Made by a program: the position numbers and the translations under genes. A DNA stretch of 64,000 bases from Paramecium tetraurelia (lineage: Eukaryota): NCBI GenBank assembly GCA_000165425.1, contig CT868330.1:372001-436000 (forward strand). The letters run 5' to 3'. The notes beneath the pieces were generated by a model. It made no database searches, had not been told where the DNA came from, and saw only the letters and a program-made list of their open reading frames with translations. The number at the start of each line of letters is the position of its first letter. Within the stretch, counting starts at the first letter, position 1. Below are positions 1 to 13,842 of this stretch, piece after piece.

Positions 1-1180
1 CCTAAATATATCAACAATAGAACAACTATTTCATCCAAAAATGATATAAGATCTGTTAGAAAAAACATCTTTTTAGATGCATTGATCCTCTAATAGGAAT
101 CGTAAGATTTTTTCTGATATTTGCTATCGGGATTGAGTGGATGTTTATAGTTGATATACAAATACATTCTCTAAACTATTTAAGGCAGATATACAAATGA
201 TCTGTTCAAAACTCTTATTCCATCTTTTATTTTCAATTATTTTTTATAACTTCCTCTGCTTTCATTGAGAATTCATTCATTTAAAAATAGATAATTCAAA
301 TTAAAACTAATTCCATATTTTTCATACTCCTTAATTAATATCAGTTATTATTTTTTAATATAGATATTTAATTGATTTTTATTTCAAATTGTCAATCTTT
401 ATATTGTATTGATTAGGATAAATTTGTATCCCTTTTTTAATAATATTATATTCTTGATTTTCTATTAAATTATTATTAAGGGAATAAATAATTATATATA
501 TATATTCTTTCTTTAACTCATTTTCTATTAGAATATACTGAATTCAAAGAAAAGTATTTGTATTTCAATTACTTTTAAATATTAATTTACTACAGTAACC
601 TTATCTTTAATTTCGTTTAAATTGAAACATATTAATACTTTCGTAATACTAACTTTTATACGGATGGCTCTATTTAAACTTCAATTAAAGAGTTAGAAAG
701 TAGACTCTTAACCAGTATTAAATTATACTCAAACAATAAATATAATTAGTTATTATGGCATATTGATTTAAATGAAAGTAGTAATAAATTTCAATTAAAA
801 ATGTTTATGAGAGTTAAATTAAAATTTCGATGGGTTGCTTCCTATAATTCTTCTAAATATAATTCGTTCAATTATTTTTATTACACTTCTTTCGATTTAT
901 TTAAGATTATTTCTATCATATCAGCTTTCAACTTGGTCCTAAAGTTAGTTTATTAATTCTAATAAATTTAGAAATTTAACTTTATTTATCAAATTCATTG
1001 ATTGATATTTAATGATATTTGACAAAAGATTTAATCAAGCCTATTTTATAGAGAAATCCAAAAAGAGAAAGATCTCTTTAATAAAACCAAAATTCAAAAA
1101 TGAAAAAGATAGCTATTCGATATATATGACTATATTCGAATAAGAATAAATATTTAAATTATTTTATAATGTTCCACCTA

Positions 1181-3436
1181 TCAATTTAATTAATTTTCAG
1201 GTTAAATTTAGAACTTTGAATTGTAATTTTTGTTTTTTATTTAATGAATTGGATTGCTGCTTAAATTTTCAAACCCAGAATTTTAAACTTCAGTAGACTT
1301 GTGATTGGGTTAAACTTAAATTCCATACTAAGGATACTTTGGAGAATTAATTCCTTATATATTTGTTTATGGAGAATAAAAGTCCTGGCTTAAATCTGGG
1401 AACAAAGGTTTCGAATTACCAAGACTTTATTGAGGGTCAATATTCCAAGAATATTATTGTCGAAGGGTATGCTAAAAATTTAATTTATGAATTTCATTTT
1501 CTAAAGTCCTAACCTTAGAATCTAATTATAATTATTTATCCTAATGTTATCAATGTAGAATTTACTCTTTCTAGACTCAATTCATGTTCTAAAGTAATGT
1601 TCCTTTCAGCCAAAAGTGAATTTTGAGATCTCAGATCTTAAATATCTCTATCTCTTAAATCACATTAATTTTATATTCTACGCAGTTCATCTACCAATTA
1701 TTTAAGTTCTTAATTTAGTACCTATTTTTCCTATTCTAATCTTTCTTAATGTTAATATGAACTTTGAATTTGAGCTTGAAGTGCCACAATATCTACATTT
1801 TATATTAAAAATTTACTTCTCTCTAACGAATCACTTTTTTTCTCATAAGTCAATAAGTCAGCATGCATTTCTTTTAATTTTCCTATCGAAGTAGTTCTTT
1901 CATTTCTTAATTGAGATTACATATCCAGAGCTGCTTTTAATTGAGATTCTGACTTAATATAGTCATTCCCTAAATTGACTAAAGCTGTCTCCCTTTTCTT
2001 TAATTCTTATTCCAACTGAGTCCCATAGTTCTTCCATTTTTCCAGTTTCCCCTTTAGATCTTATGACAGCATCTACGATTTTTATTAGCCTTCTTCCAGA
2101 CTCTTCTCCAACTAAGTACATTTATTTGATATGATCGTGTTTTGTTAAGTCATAGAATTTATTTTTTCTTTTAATTTCTTTATTTCTTAATCCTATTATT
2201 GGCATGTAGTTGCCAATTTATTATATTCAGCTTTTGCACTTGAAATTGCTGCTTTACTTTCCTCAATTTATCTCTATTCTATTATATACATACAGTAAAG
2301 ATACATTCATTTAATTATTGATTTATCTATCCTATTTTACTTTCCTATTAAATATTCAGAGTTTGGGAAACCTGCAATTCTTTCTCCTTTTACTATAATA
2401 GATTGATTTAGTTCTTCAATTACTCATTCTATAAATTTAGATTGGATTAACTTTTTTATAAATTAGATATTTGATCTTTTGCTCCTAATGAAATTTAACT
2501 GAGTTTTTAGTTAAGGATTTAGTTTTGCTCCTGTTCCTAATTTAAGTCTTAGTTAATTGAATCTAAGGCGAGTTTCATTTTTCGATTATCATTCAATAAT
2601 TACTCGTTTTTTAAGACTTATGATTCATATGCTAGAGTTTAATCTCTTATTTATGATTTGTATTTTTCAATGATTTCTTTTTGATTCTGAAGTTCAGATT
2701 CTAAAAACGCATTTTGTTTTTTTGATTCTAAAAGTTATTTATTGAGGCTTATAAGTTACTAATCTAAATCAATAATCTTAAAATCAAGTCCTCTATTTAA
2801 TTCTACTTATTTCCTTAATTTCTGTACATCTATCAATAAGAATTGATCTTCTTAAACGATACTTGTCAATCTTTTATTTTCATTTTTTGAAATTAATATT
2901 TGATCTCTAGCTTAATAATTAATGATATTACTATAATTCTTGTATTTCATTCATACTCGATTTGTTTCTTTAATTCAATTGAATGCTATTGTTTATATTT
3001 GAAAATTACTTATCATACTTTAATCGTTGATTTTCCTATTCGAGAGCTCTCCACTAATATCTACACATAATTATCTCTCATACTTCAATGTATCGATTTC
3101 TTTTGTTAACTTTTGTATTTACTCCGACTAATCCTGATCTTTAATTAATGGCTATCCAATCTAAGAGTAGTCATATAAAGTATCCGAGGCTAATTTTGAC
3201 CCTGTTTATTAATTTCTAAGTTTAAATTTATGTGGCTCTATACTTATTTGGTTATGAAGAGGCTTAAGGAACCGATCTATAATTATTACAATATATATCA
3301 ATCATTACTCATTTTACTCAAGAGTATTTTGATTATAACCATTTAAAGAGTTAGTCCCTAAATATCGATTCGAATTGAATTTGCTTCTTTCTTAAACTGG
3401 TATCTAGGATTGCGAATTGATTTCAAACTGACTCAT
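1181..3436 (-). CDS. Hypothetical Gln/Glu/Lys-rich coiled-coil protein
   Basis: ATG at 3436 (MSQFEINSQSQIPV...), TGA at 1181-1183. Under code 6, four short GT..AG introns (33, 26, 24, 25 nt) give a consistent frame. Composition is coiled-coil-like. Confidence 0.75.
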
Positions 3437-3481
3437 ACAAAATATAATTCAGAGATATTTTATTCATAAAAAGAAAACACA

Positions 3482-3990
3482 TCATATAAAATTAAAAACT
3501 ATTAAGACTTCGCTTTCTTTTCCTCTCTACTCCATGTTCAACAAATGTTGAGAACCAGGACAAATAAACTGTAATTATTTCTTCTCTTTATCCATTTTCA
3601 TCTTTATGTTCAATTCCTGTTATAAAATTGATAATATTTTGATATGATTTAAACATATCACTTTATTTTTTTTGTTTCTAATACAATATTTATTTCTATT
3701 CCTTCATTTAGTCTATCTATTAAAAATAAATGATGATATTTCATTAATTAATCCTTCTTTATGATCAAGGGGAATTTTTTATTTATATTTTTATTAGAAT
3801 TGCTTTTGTAAATGCTTCTAAAATCACTATATTCTGTTAAATCACCTTTTTTATAATGAATCTTTAATCAACACTATTTTATTTAAGATTGAATTAGAAT
3901 TGATTTAAATAGTTTAAAGTTTATCAAAGAATCCATCCTCTAATCTGATATTTCAGTCGGTTAATAATATTTTATTCAGAAATCATATAT
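3482..3990 (-). pseudogene. Possible degenerate or hypothetical gene fragment
   Basis: The 3' part reads QELNIKMKMDKEKKQLQFICPGSQHLLNMEQRGKESEVLIVFNFI* (TGA 3482-3484). No clean upstream frame was found. Confidence 0.2.
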
Positions 3991-4125
3991 ATGATTGAAT
4001 GAGTCTGATAATCTTAGGATAATAGAATAATTAATTGATTATTTATGTAGATTTTGTTAACTCAGGGCTAATATCTCAATTAATAATAAATTTAATTTGT
4101 AAATATATATATTAATTGTTGTAAA

Positions 4126-5795
4126 ATGCTACTTAATTCAACAGGTTAACGAAAACTCAAACAAAATAGTTTGTCTACTTTTAGAAGTCCCATAGTAGTT
4201 CCATCGAGTTAATAAGTTTCCCCTGTAGCTTCTGGACTCAATAGTTTGAAAAATCTTCATAGTCCCAAAGGATCTCAGATTGATGTCACCAACCTAACCC
4301 GATTAATAAAATCTACGAAAATTAATGAGGTAAAATAGCTTATATAAGATAGTCAGTAAATAGCCAATAGATATAAGCTTTACTTGCAAAAGCTAGGGAA
4401 ATAGCAAAAATAACGACAGACTCTAAATCCTAAGCTGCAAAAAAGCATGTTAAATTGCAGAGTTAATAATTTGTAAACTTTAAAGACTTACTTCATAATT
4501 CTACCTCCACCAAGATCTAACAAGAAATGTTCTTCTGCAGAAATTCATTTAATTTTGAGTTTGTCATAGGAATTGGTGGATTTGGTAAAGTGTGGAAAGT
4601 TGAGCACAAAAAAACAGGTTAGATATTCGCCATGAAAGAAATGTCAAAAGCCTTGTATAAATTCAGTGTTATTTAGAATTGTGACAAAGAAGAGTGTCCA
4701 TTCTGTGATGAATGAACGAACATTATTAAGTCAATTGAAGCATCCATTGTTAGTTAATATGAACCTCGCTTATTAGGATAGAGAAAATCTATACCTATTG
4801 ATGGACTACATGAAAGGAGGTGATCTTAGATATCACATAGGTAGAATGAGGAAATTCGATGAAAACTCAACAAGTATTGATGCAATATTATTATTAAGAG
4901 TTTTTTATAGCCTGTATTGTTTAAGGATTAGAATACATACATTCAAATAATATAATTCATAGAGATATCAAACCTGAAAATTTGGTACTTGATGAAAAAG
5001 GATATGTGCATATTACAGATTTTGGTATTGCTAGAGTATTCAAGGCTGAAAATAGCTGTGATACTAGTGGAACTCCTGGGTACATGGGTAAATATGCAGT
5101 TTTACATTTTAGCTCCTGAAGTTATGTGCAAATAGAATCATACTTATGCAGTTGATTATTTTGCTGTTGGAGTGATTGCCTATGAATTTATGATAGGGAG
5201 AGTAATCTTTATATTCTAACTTAGAGACCATATGTTGGAAGATCAAGACAAGAAATTAGAGATTAAATTTTAGCCAAATAAGTTTAAATTAAAAGAAATG
5301 AAATACCTAATGATTGGTCCGTTGAGGCTGTCGATTTTATAAATAGAGTATGCTTATACGCTAATATCTTAGCTACTTCAACGTAAACCATAAAATAGAT
5401 TGGGCTTCAATGGAAGTTAAGAAATCAAAGAGCATCCTTGGTTCGCTAATTTTGCTTGGGATAAATTATAGAATTAATCATTAGTTCCACCTTTCATTCC
5501 TAATGTATGTGTACCAAAATATGTTAAAAGCAAACAGAAGATAATTTTGATTAGAAATAAATTATTGTTGAAGACGAAGAAAACAATGAGCTAATCTAAT
5601 AAAACATTTTAGTCTTGAGAGATTAACTTATTTAAGGTACTTAGATATAAAATGTTAATAGATCAATTCCAAGGATATGAATTTCAATAAGTATATCATT
5701 CTACTTCCACTGAATAATCTTCTGGTTCATCGACTAAACATAGCCGTCATCTAAGTGAAAGATTGCAATTCTTTGAAAAAAAGAAAGTCATATGA
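4126..5795 (+). CDS. AGC-group Ser/Thr protein kinase
   Basis: Motifs [47 protein letters not shown] and the AGC tail EIKEHPWF...VPPFIP. Several tiny introns. ATG 4126, TGA 5793-5795. Confidence 0.95.
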
Positions 5796-5879
5796 TCAAA
5801 TTTAGTTTCAAATTTTTACATCATTTAATAAATAATGAAATAATGAGCAAATTATATATGGATCTAATTTATCAATTTA

Positions 5880-6712
5880 GTTTCATTATAAGTACTAATT
5901 TGAAAAAAAATCCTTCTAAAAATTTGACTTCACCTTTTTTCCCTCAAACCCTCCAACTCCTCTGTTAAACTGATAATTACATTGCTTTTAAAGAGAAAAG
6001 CAAGGGTCTGACACCCTTTTTGATTTTTAAATTTAAATTTTAAAGCTCCTCCAAATTCAATTGTTGATGATCAATATCTTTACATGTTGAATATCTCTAC
6101 TTATAGATCTTACTTAATGAATTGGCTGGAGAAGGGGAGCAGAGAAATCTGTTTCGCTCGTTTTTTATTTATTCAAATAGTTTAACTTTATCTTTGATAA
6201 AATGTAATATACTTAATAAATTCTTTGAAAAAATTTTAATCAATTCAAAATACTAAAAATCAGAGGTTACTACACATGCTGAAGAGATTTGAAGGAATTT
6301 TAATTCCCCTAAGAATCAAATAAATTTTGATCAGATTAATCCAATCTAAGATTAGAAATTTAATTAATGATACTCATTAGATTGATCATCCTACCTAATT
6401 AATCAGGGTTTGATTTTTATTCAATCGCAAGAACCTGCTTTTACAATTTATTGTTAATAATTGTAGAAAAGGAACTTTTGATTATTAAATCACATTTATT
6501 TTCATTTCTAAACAATTAGGTGAGCATACTTGAAAATTATTCGAAAACATAACCAAAGATACAAATTGCGATAACCATCTTTAATCCTTTTAGAGATCAT
6601 CAAAGATGTCATCCATGAATATTTGCCCAATCGGATGCTCCAAGTTAAGCATCTCCTTACTTCAAGCAGAGTTCTATGGAGTTCAATAGTAAACTAAATA
6701 AAATTTTACCAT
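5880..6712 (-). pseudogene. Hypothetical or degenerate gene
   Basis: Coding-like stretches (MLNLEHPIGQIFMDDIFDDLQKDQRWLSQ...; QIKNERNRFLCSPSPANSLSK...) and intron-like GTA..TAG segments. They could not be joined without stops or frameshifts. Boundaries are approximate. Confidence 0.3.
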
Positions 6713-6866
6713 TTTTGAGCTTCATCGAGAATTTTGTTAAAGAAATAAACTTTATCATTTTTAGAACTCCTTAGAGGGATTTTTACGCGCCTTTACTTTT
6801 TGAAAAAAAGATTTTTTTAACATTATAAATCCTGTATAAAGAACTTTTTTTTTAATTAAAAAATAT

Positions 6867-7274
6867 ATGATTTCTCCTTCTTTTGATATGGAAATAGAGT
6901 GCGAAGACTTGAATACTCTCTAAATAGCTAGTCTAACGCTCTAAGACAGAGTAATTCAAGACACAACAGCTTAAGGTGTAACAGAGAATATCTATGATTA
7001 CCTTAACCTTTCAGATTCCCCTTAGGAAAGAGAAGGCTCGTATGATATATTCGAGGAAACCTTTGATGTGAAAACTAAAAAAGACAACTTCATTATAAAA
7101 AAAAATTGTCACTATGAATATCAATGTGGATATTGTGGAAGAATTTTTCCTTCATCACAGAGTCTCGGAGGACATGTTCAAAAGAACCACAGAACAACTA
7201 GGAATTTGGAAAACCGCAATCAAACAATCTAATTGAGATAAAGACCTACTAGATTTGTCTAACATAGAATTTGA
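6867..7274 (+). CDS. Small single C2H2 zinc-finger protein (135 aa)
   Basis: Intronless code-6 ORF containing YQCGYCGRIFPSSQSLGGHVQKNH. Confidence 0.9.
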
Positions 7275-7975
7275 ATTCAAATTCCCATATTAATATATAC
7301 ATCATTATTATTTTTTTGAATGGAATACATTATAATTTTCAAATTATATTCTTATTATAATCAAGAAAATTAAGATATTTTGAGAATAACTAATCTGATA
7401 TTATAAATTAATATAAATTTATAATTTATTAATCAGTTAAAAATAAGAAATGTGAATTTCAAATTTAGATTCATACTCCATTTGAGAAATAAATTCTTCA
7501 TTCATTGTATTATTATTATGAACTATCATAGGTTGTATCCAAAACTATCATTTTTATTAGATTATATAATTATCAATCATTATAACTAATAACAACTTAA
7601 TATTTCTTGACTATGATTACAATAAAATTGATTTTTTTAATAAAATAAAACAAATACTTAAATGATAAAAAATTAAAATTGTCTAACTCATTACTAAATG
7701 ATGATTAGTGATTTACTTTAGTTAAAATTAGTTAACTTTTTGATTAACTTTGAATTTGAATGTCTAAACATTTTTGAATTTAGTTAAAGAATGGCTTTTG
7801 TTCTTTAATAAAAGGGAAAGGCAAGATGAAAAGAATTTATGGCTTTTCCGAAATTATTATTTATGTTTATTAAATTTATCCTAATTAAGGATTAAGTTTG
7901 TGATTATTACAATCCCAAAGTTTAGTTAATACATCAATTTGTAAAATAATTAATTAAATTTAATAAATATTATTT

Positions 7976-8605
7976 ATGGATTAACAATTAGAATAAATGA
8001 GTGTTGATATTCAGAAAATAGTATATAAAAAAGCAATGCTACATGCTTGTAAATATTCCACTGAAGACGTTATAGGTATTTATTAATAAAATGAGGTAGG
8101 AATTTTGATTGGCTAAATTAATGATAAAAATATTAATATTGTAGATGCATACCCTTTATTCCATTCAAGAGTTAGTTTAAACACTTTGGAAGTTTCTTTA
8201 GATATTGTAAATGAATGTTCAATCATAAAATTAGATATCAAGTGAATTGTAAAATGATAGAAAGATTATTGGAGTATATGAGGCAAAAGCAAATTCTAGG
8301 GGAATTATGAGTGAGATAGGTGAGGAAATGCTAAAAAATATAAATTAAAAATAAGCAATTTTAATGAGAATTTCATAAATAGAGGTGGATGATGCTCCTA
8401 TTTTGAATGCTAAAGTAACAAATTTTTATACTATAAGATTGTTTCATTGAATGAAAATGTCAAATATGTGATTAACTCTACAAGTGCCTTAGAATGGTGG
8501 GTTATTCAGGATCGTTTAAAGGCTGGTCTTCATTGGAAAATTGTAGATTTCGATGCTCATTTTGAGAATGTGTAATTAAATTTCCGAAATCAGTATTTAG
8601 AATGA
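7976..8605 (+). CDS. EMC8: ER membrane complex subunit 8/9 family (UPF0172, MPN-like)
   Basis: YKKAMLHACKY...VIGILIG...VDAYPLFH...IIGVYEA and C-terminal IVDFDAHFENVQLNFRN. Short introns. Confidence 0.85.
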
Positions 8606-8630
8606 ATTATATGAAATAGGTTTATAATAT

Positions 8631-9416
8631 TCATCTTTACTTCCTCTATAAAACTTAATGACTGATGTCTTTGTAGGATTCACCATACATATTCTCTGCT
8701 TTAATGCCAGTCATAAATCCAGTATATCCAACGATCGGTGGCTTTTGTGTTTCAAACTAGAATAAAAATGTCTGATACAGTTTGTCTGAATTTATCATTA
8801 GTGTCTAGCATGGTCTTTGCCATTTCTTGATCCATTTGATTTAAGGGGTGTACAAAAGGTTAAGGTTTTTCAGGAGGCACAACTTATTTCAATGGATGTC
8901 TAAACACAGGCCTGAATCCTTGATAACCAACGACTGGCAATCTATCGATTGGAGGGATATCATTAATTGTTTTAGGCATAGATCTAACAACTTCAAATAA
9001 AGAATTACTAGTATGTGCGATAATTTCTTTCGTTAACAGCTTTTTCCTAACGATGAGCATCTTCCAAAATTCTTTCAGCTGCAGTTTGAAGTTGTGGTTT
9101 TCTTAGATTGGGTTCCTAGGTAACTGTTAAATTGATACTCCAAACTCAATCTTGTAACTTGTTTACAATCTTTCTCTCTCTTCAGAATTTGTGCATCTAG
9201 CTAATCTGTCTTCCATACATTCAGCTGTTATCTTTGCAAAAGGTTTTCCATATTATGATTCTAAAATATAATTAAATGAGTACCAGCTTTCAATCCTCTT
9301 ACATGTCCTGCATACCCAGGTACGTGTTGCTTTTATAATTCGTAAGTAGGACCACCAATCCAAGTTTATCCTGTCACAACTTATTCAGTCCAAGGAATCA
9401 AAGAAATTGTTTTCAT
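8631..9416 (-). CDS. FAM166/CIMIP2-like (DUF2475-like) ciliary microtubule inner protein
   Basis: Three GYxG repeats: HVPGYAGHVRGLKAESQYGKPF, LPVVGYQGFRP and PPIVGYTGFMTGIKAENMYGESY. Four short introns. Confidence 0.75.
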
Positions 9417-9466
9417 TTATTTATTTATATAAATATTTTATGACAAATTAGGTATTAACAATTAGA

Positions 9467-11342
9467 TCATTTCAAATTAAACATTTTAGTTTCTTGTTAT
9501 ATTTTTTTGAATTTGGTTCTTGATATCAAAGTATTACTTTTGGGACTTAAAAACTTTTGACTGGTAGATAATTTTATAGGTTATAATAATTATTGATAAA
9601 GTTCTGTTCCTCGAATTTGTCCATTCGACATTAAGGAGGTCAATATTTATTCAGATCGAGTCAATAATATTAATTAGTGTTACAATTGGTTCTTCATATT
9701 ATTTTTTTTTTAAAACAAAAGTACTTCTTAAACTCTTGGTAGAGATTCCCTTACATAAGGAAAAGTAGTTTCTTTTTTATCAATAAATTTATCTTTCAAT
9801 TTTTTCAATCTAATTTACTATATTGCAATTGGTTTTAATGGCATTTTATCTAAAGATGTCTTTTGTGTATTCCTATTCGTTAAAATTGTTTTTTAAGTAT
9901 CTAGTGTTTAAGTTTCGATAGATTATTCTAAATTTTCTGAAGTTTAAATCGGCGGGTCCTGAATAACTTTTGCAACTGGATCATTTTGTGAGTTTTATTA
10001 ATTCTATGCTTGAATTTTTTAATATGCAAATATTCTTTTAGGACATCTTAAAGTACTTGGACTCAAAATTAGAGATTATTGAAGATCTAAAGATTTATAA
10101 GAACATTTGTATTTTGGTGCTGCCCTTAAAGGACTTTGAGTAAATTAATGTTAATGATCTAGGGGTACCATTTTTTAGGACAATGTCTATTGATAAGTCT
10201 TTTCCATAAAGTCATATGGTGTTAATCTTAATGAATGTAGCTTTGGCGATTCAGCATCTAAATCAGGTAATTACTCCTAAGATCTCTCATTGTAATTTGT
10301 ACATGTTACAATATCTTATTATTATTATTCATCTTCTTATATAGGTTTATAAAGAAGAGAGTCGTTTTCTTTGAAGATCTCTGTTTGATGTGGGGTAGAT
10401 CGTTTTGAAATTGGGTCATCTAGAGCGATTTTTTTATTTTATTCATTGATAATGTCTTTGCTCCTTTTTTCATAGACTTATTTAATGGAGGAACAAAACT
10501 CTTTTTTTATTTCTTTAAGTTAACCATCTTAGATATCGTCATCGATAATATCATAATTCTTAATAGATTGCTAATATCTTTTAATAGTGTATGAAATTTG
10601 CTGATTTCTTTGCATTAGCTTATTCATTCGGTATTCAAATGAATTTTTGAGCATATCATAATTGAGAATAGGTTAAATGAGAGTGGAATTCATAAATTAA
10701 AATGACGGTACATCTTCTAAACTCGTTATACTTTGATAAAGTTCTTTGTTGAGAGGTCTGGCAGTTGATTTTGGAAGAGTCATTTTCAAATTAAGAATTA
10801 AGTAGGGATTTAAGAAATCACAATTTCTGGGATAGAAATATTTATCTTGAATAGTTTAGATCTATTCGATATCTATCTTGTAATTCATAATTTTAGGCAT
10901 TATTGGTTCATCTACAGTTTTAATTGATTTCGTTATTTTTGATACTTCTAGTTGTAGACGAGACTAGGAATAAAAATGAATGGTATACTCGTTGTTATTT
11001 GAAAGCATCTTCGATGGTGACACCTCCATAGTTAATTTACTTTAAAATCTAAATAAATTTGATGTGGTCTTTAATGTGGATGGCAGAATTAGCAGGGAAG
11101 TGCAATTTGAAGTATGAGAATGATAAGTTTGCAATTTAGAGAAAGTGGTTCTGAAAATAGTCTAGGTCATATTAAGTCCATCTTTCGGTTTTTAATATTT
11201 TATTTTCACTTTATTAGTTTTGAATATCAAGTTTTAAAATTTGAGCATCTGATTCTGTAACATTTTCACTTAACTAAAGCATTTTTGATAATAGAATAAG
11301 GTGCTCTCTTTTTAGAAATAATGACACTATTTTTGTTTTCAT
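9467..11342 (-). CDS. Hypothetical protein with low-complexity S/P/Q/K-rich C-terminal half
   Basis: ATG 11342 (MKTKIVSLFLKREH...), an intron near 10963-10987, TGA 9467-9469. Long open code-6 frame. Confidence 0.7.
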
Positions 11343-11532
11343 GAAATAAATATATTTATTTACAAATATTAGCAAATAAACTCCATTGAATTATGTAAGG
11401 AGATAACAACACTAAATGAAATTAGTTTTAATGTTTTTGAAATGAGTCGAGGATCAATAAAATAATAAATGGGGATAGCCAATAAGAGTATGAGAAATAA
11501 AATAAAAACTAATATTAATATTAAAATTAATC

Positions 11533-11907
11533 ATGAGATCAAACTCAACAGCTTATACACCATAGAATCCAGAAATCTTTCACAAGGGACACATCCATTT
11601 CTTCGATTTATTGTCATCATTTCATGGTTTGGAGGATCAACCTGACTACCCAGTTTAATAACAAACAATTTAGGATAAGCTAAGACATTAATATCTCCAC
11701 GATAATAATTGGGAAGATAGTAATGCATTTCCATTATGATTAGAATTATGCTATAGAACATGCTTCAAAATTCAAGAGAAAGAGTATGTTTAATTCTGTT
11801 TGAACAAGAAATGTTCAGGCGCTCCTTATTTAAAGGCAGCTCAAGTTTTGGGATATGTTAAATCTGGAAATCCTACACCCAAAGCTCACGGTCATCACCA
11901 TCATTGA
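11533..11907 (+). CDS. Small (116 aa) twin-Cys-motif protein with His tail; possible mitochondrial intermembrane-space or respiratory-complex subunit
   Basis: One 24-nt intron (11720-11743). Contains CYRTC-x11-CLNKKC and ends AHGHHHH*. Confidence 0.8.
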
Positions 11908-12080
11908 TATAGATATAGCATTTACACATAATAATAATAATATATCGAAGTTGATTATGTCTTTGATTCGCACAATGAGTTGTTTAATTTGTTCTAGAAC
12001 AATTTAAATGCCCTGATTCAGGTGAGACAAAGGGGGAGTGCTTTTATTTTATAAATTCAAACTTATTATTATTATTATTA

Positions 12081-13842
12081 ATGAAAAATATATTGAGTTA
12101 TTTTTACGGATCATCTGTAAATGTTATTAACTACAGTAGGAAAGCAAAAGCACTGAAGTGAAAGATCCAAAACTTGATTAACAATTTGAAACATTTATTT
12201 TTGAATTTACTTCGAATGAATATTTCCCTCTCTATGAGAAATGGACTAAGGGAGAGGAACAAGAATATATAGGTCCTTTGTTATTCTTAATTTAGATTTC
12301 AAGTTGTAAGACATAGAGGACATTTATTTAAATAACTACGACTAATAGCTAAAATTTTAATAGGAGGAGACAAACTTAATAGATTATATTGTATAGGAAG
12401 ATGACACTCTATTTGGATTAGAATTGAAATTCAACATTAGGTAATCAAAATGTTAATTCCGAAGTTAGAACAGGATTTTAAAAATAAATGACATTTCACC
12501 AGAGTGCTTTGTCCCTGGAATGAGAATTAAAGTTCCTGCTGTCCAATCAGAACAAAGTCAACCTTACTTTTAAGAGAGTGAAATTAATGATTTGCAATTG
12601 AATTAGTCTTCCTTTTACGGACGAAACTTGATGGATGAAATCATGTCCAGAGGATAAACAAAAAAATGTATATTCCATTTTAATAGAAAGTCAATGTTTA
12701 TTACGTGACTAATTATGGTTGTATAGAGGGGGTTCTAACAGTGAATAGCGATGTCATATTATTTGATCCTAGTTTTGTGGATAGAAATAAAGAATTAGTT
12801 TAAAAGTGTCATAGTAAATATCCAAATTAATATATATTCTAGAATAAAGTATTCTCAATTTTTAGGCTTGTCTTATGACTGAAGACGTGATATCAGTTGA
12901 TTTAAATGAGTTACCTATGAGAATTGCAAAATCTACTTCAAAATGCTTCAAAGACTACTTAGTGATGGTACATATAAGTGCAAATGTTTCCTGTAAGAAG
13001 TTACTTGAAGTGTTGCCCATTCTGACTTTCAGAGTAAGTGTTTCTAATTACATATATAGATACAAAATGACGAGGATCAAAAGGAATTCAAAGTTCAAAG
13101 TATAGATTTATGTGAGACCTTGGCTGATGTCGTTAAAACAAAATCAGAAAGGATGTTAGATGAATAGAAGAAGAAGGAACAAGATTTAACCATCATTCCT
13201 TTTTATGATGTTTAGGATGCTACTCTAATCGAGAAGTTTATCGAAAGGACTAATCAACTTTGGGGAGGATAGGATTTCATTCCATAGATGGTTTCAGATT
13301 CTTAAATTATGGACAATGATGAATTGATTTAAGTAATTATAATTGGTATGAATTAGATAATTGCAAATGTTCCATCTATCTTTAAAACTTCCAATTGGAA
13401 ATTAATTTTTTCAAATGTTATACATGGCTCTTCTTTCTTGACATTGCTTAATAATTGTGAAAACCATTCTCCATTAATTTTAGCAATTAAGGATTTTAAT
13501 GAATGCAAGTTTGGAGCATATTTAAATGAATCTCCATAATTAACATTTGGAAAGTTTTTTGGAAATGGAGAAACCTTTCTATGGACTTTTAAAGTATTGT
13601 CTTATGAATAACTTTAGGATAATAATTTCAAAACTTATAATTGGACAGAAACTAACAATTACTTCATATTTTGTGAATCAGATGGTTTGGCAGTTGGATG
13701 TGGAGAAAAGTTCGGTTTATATGTTAATCATTCTTTGATGCATGGAAACACCAATTAATGCGAGACTTACAAAAACGAAATTTTGTCAAATTCTAACGAT
13801 TTTAGTATATAGATACTTGAAATCTGGGGATTAAGTGAATGA
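12081..13842 (+). CDS. OXR1: OXR1/NCOA7-like LysM + GRAM-like + TLDc protein
   Basis: LysM: YIVQEDDTLFGLELKFNISQNRILKINDI...PGMRIKVP. GRAM-like: IEGVLTVNSDVILFDP. TLDc: WKLIFS..HGSS...KFGAYL...FFGNGETFLW...LAVGCG.FGLYV...CETY.NEILS...LEIWG. Confidence 0.88.

Noticed and set aside
1..1180. Gene fragment or ncRNA at window start
   Set aside because: Minus-strand frames at 1-280 are ambiguous with no recognisable motif, and the rest is featureless AT-rich DNA.
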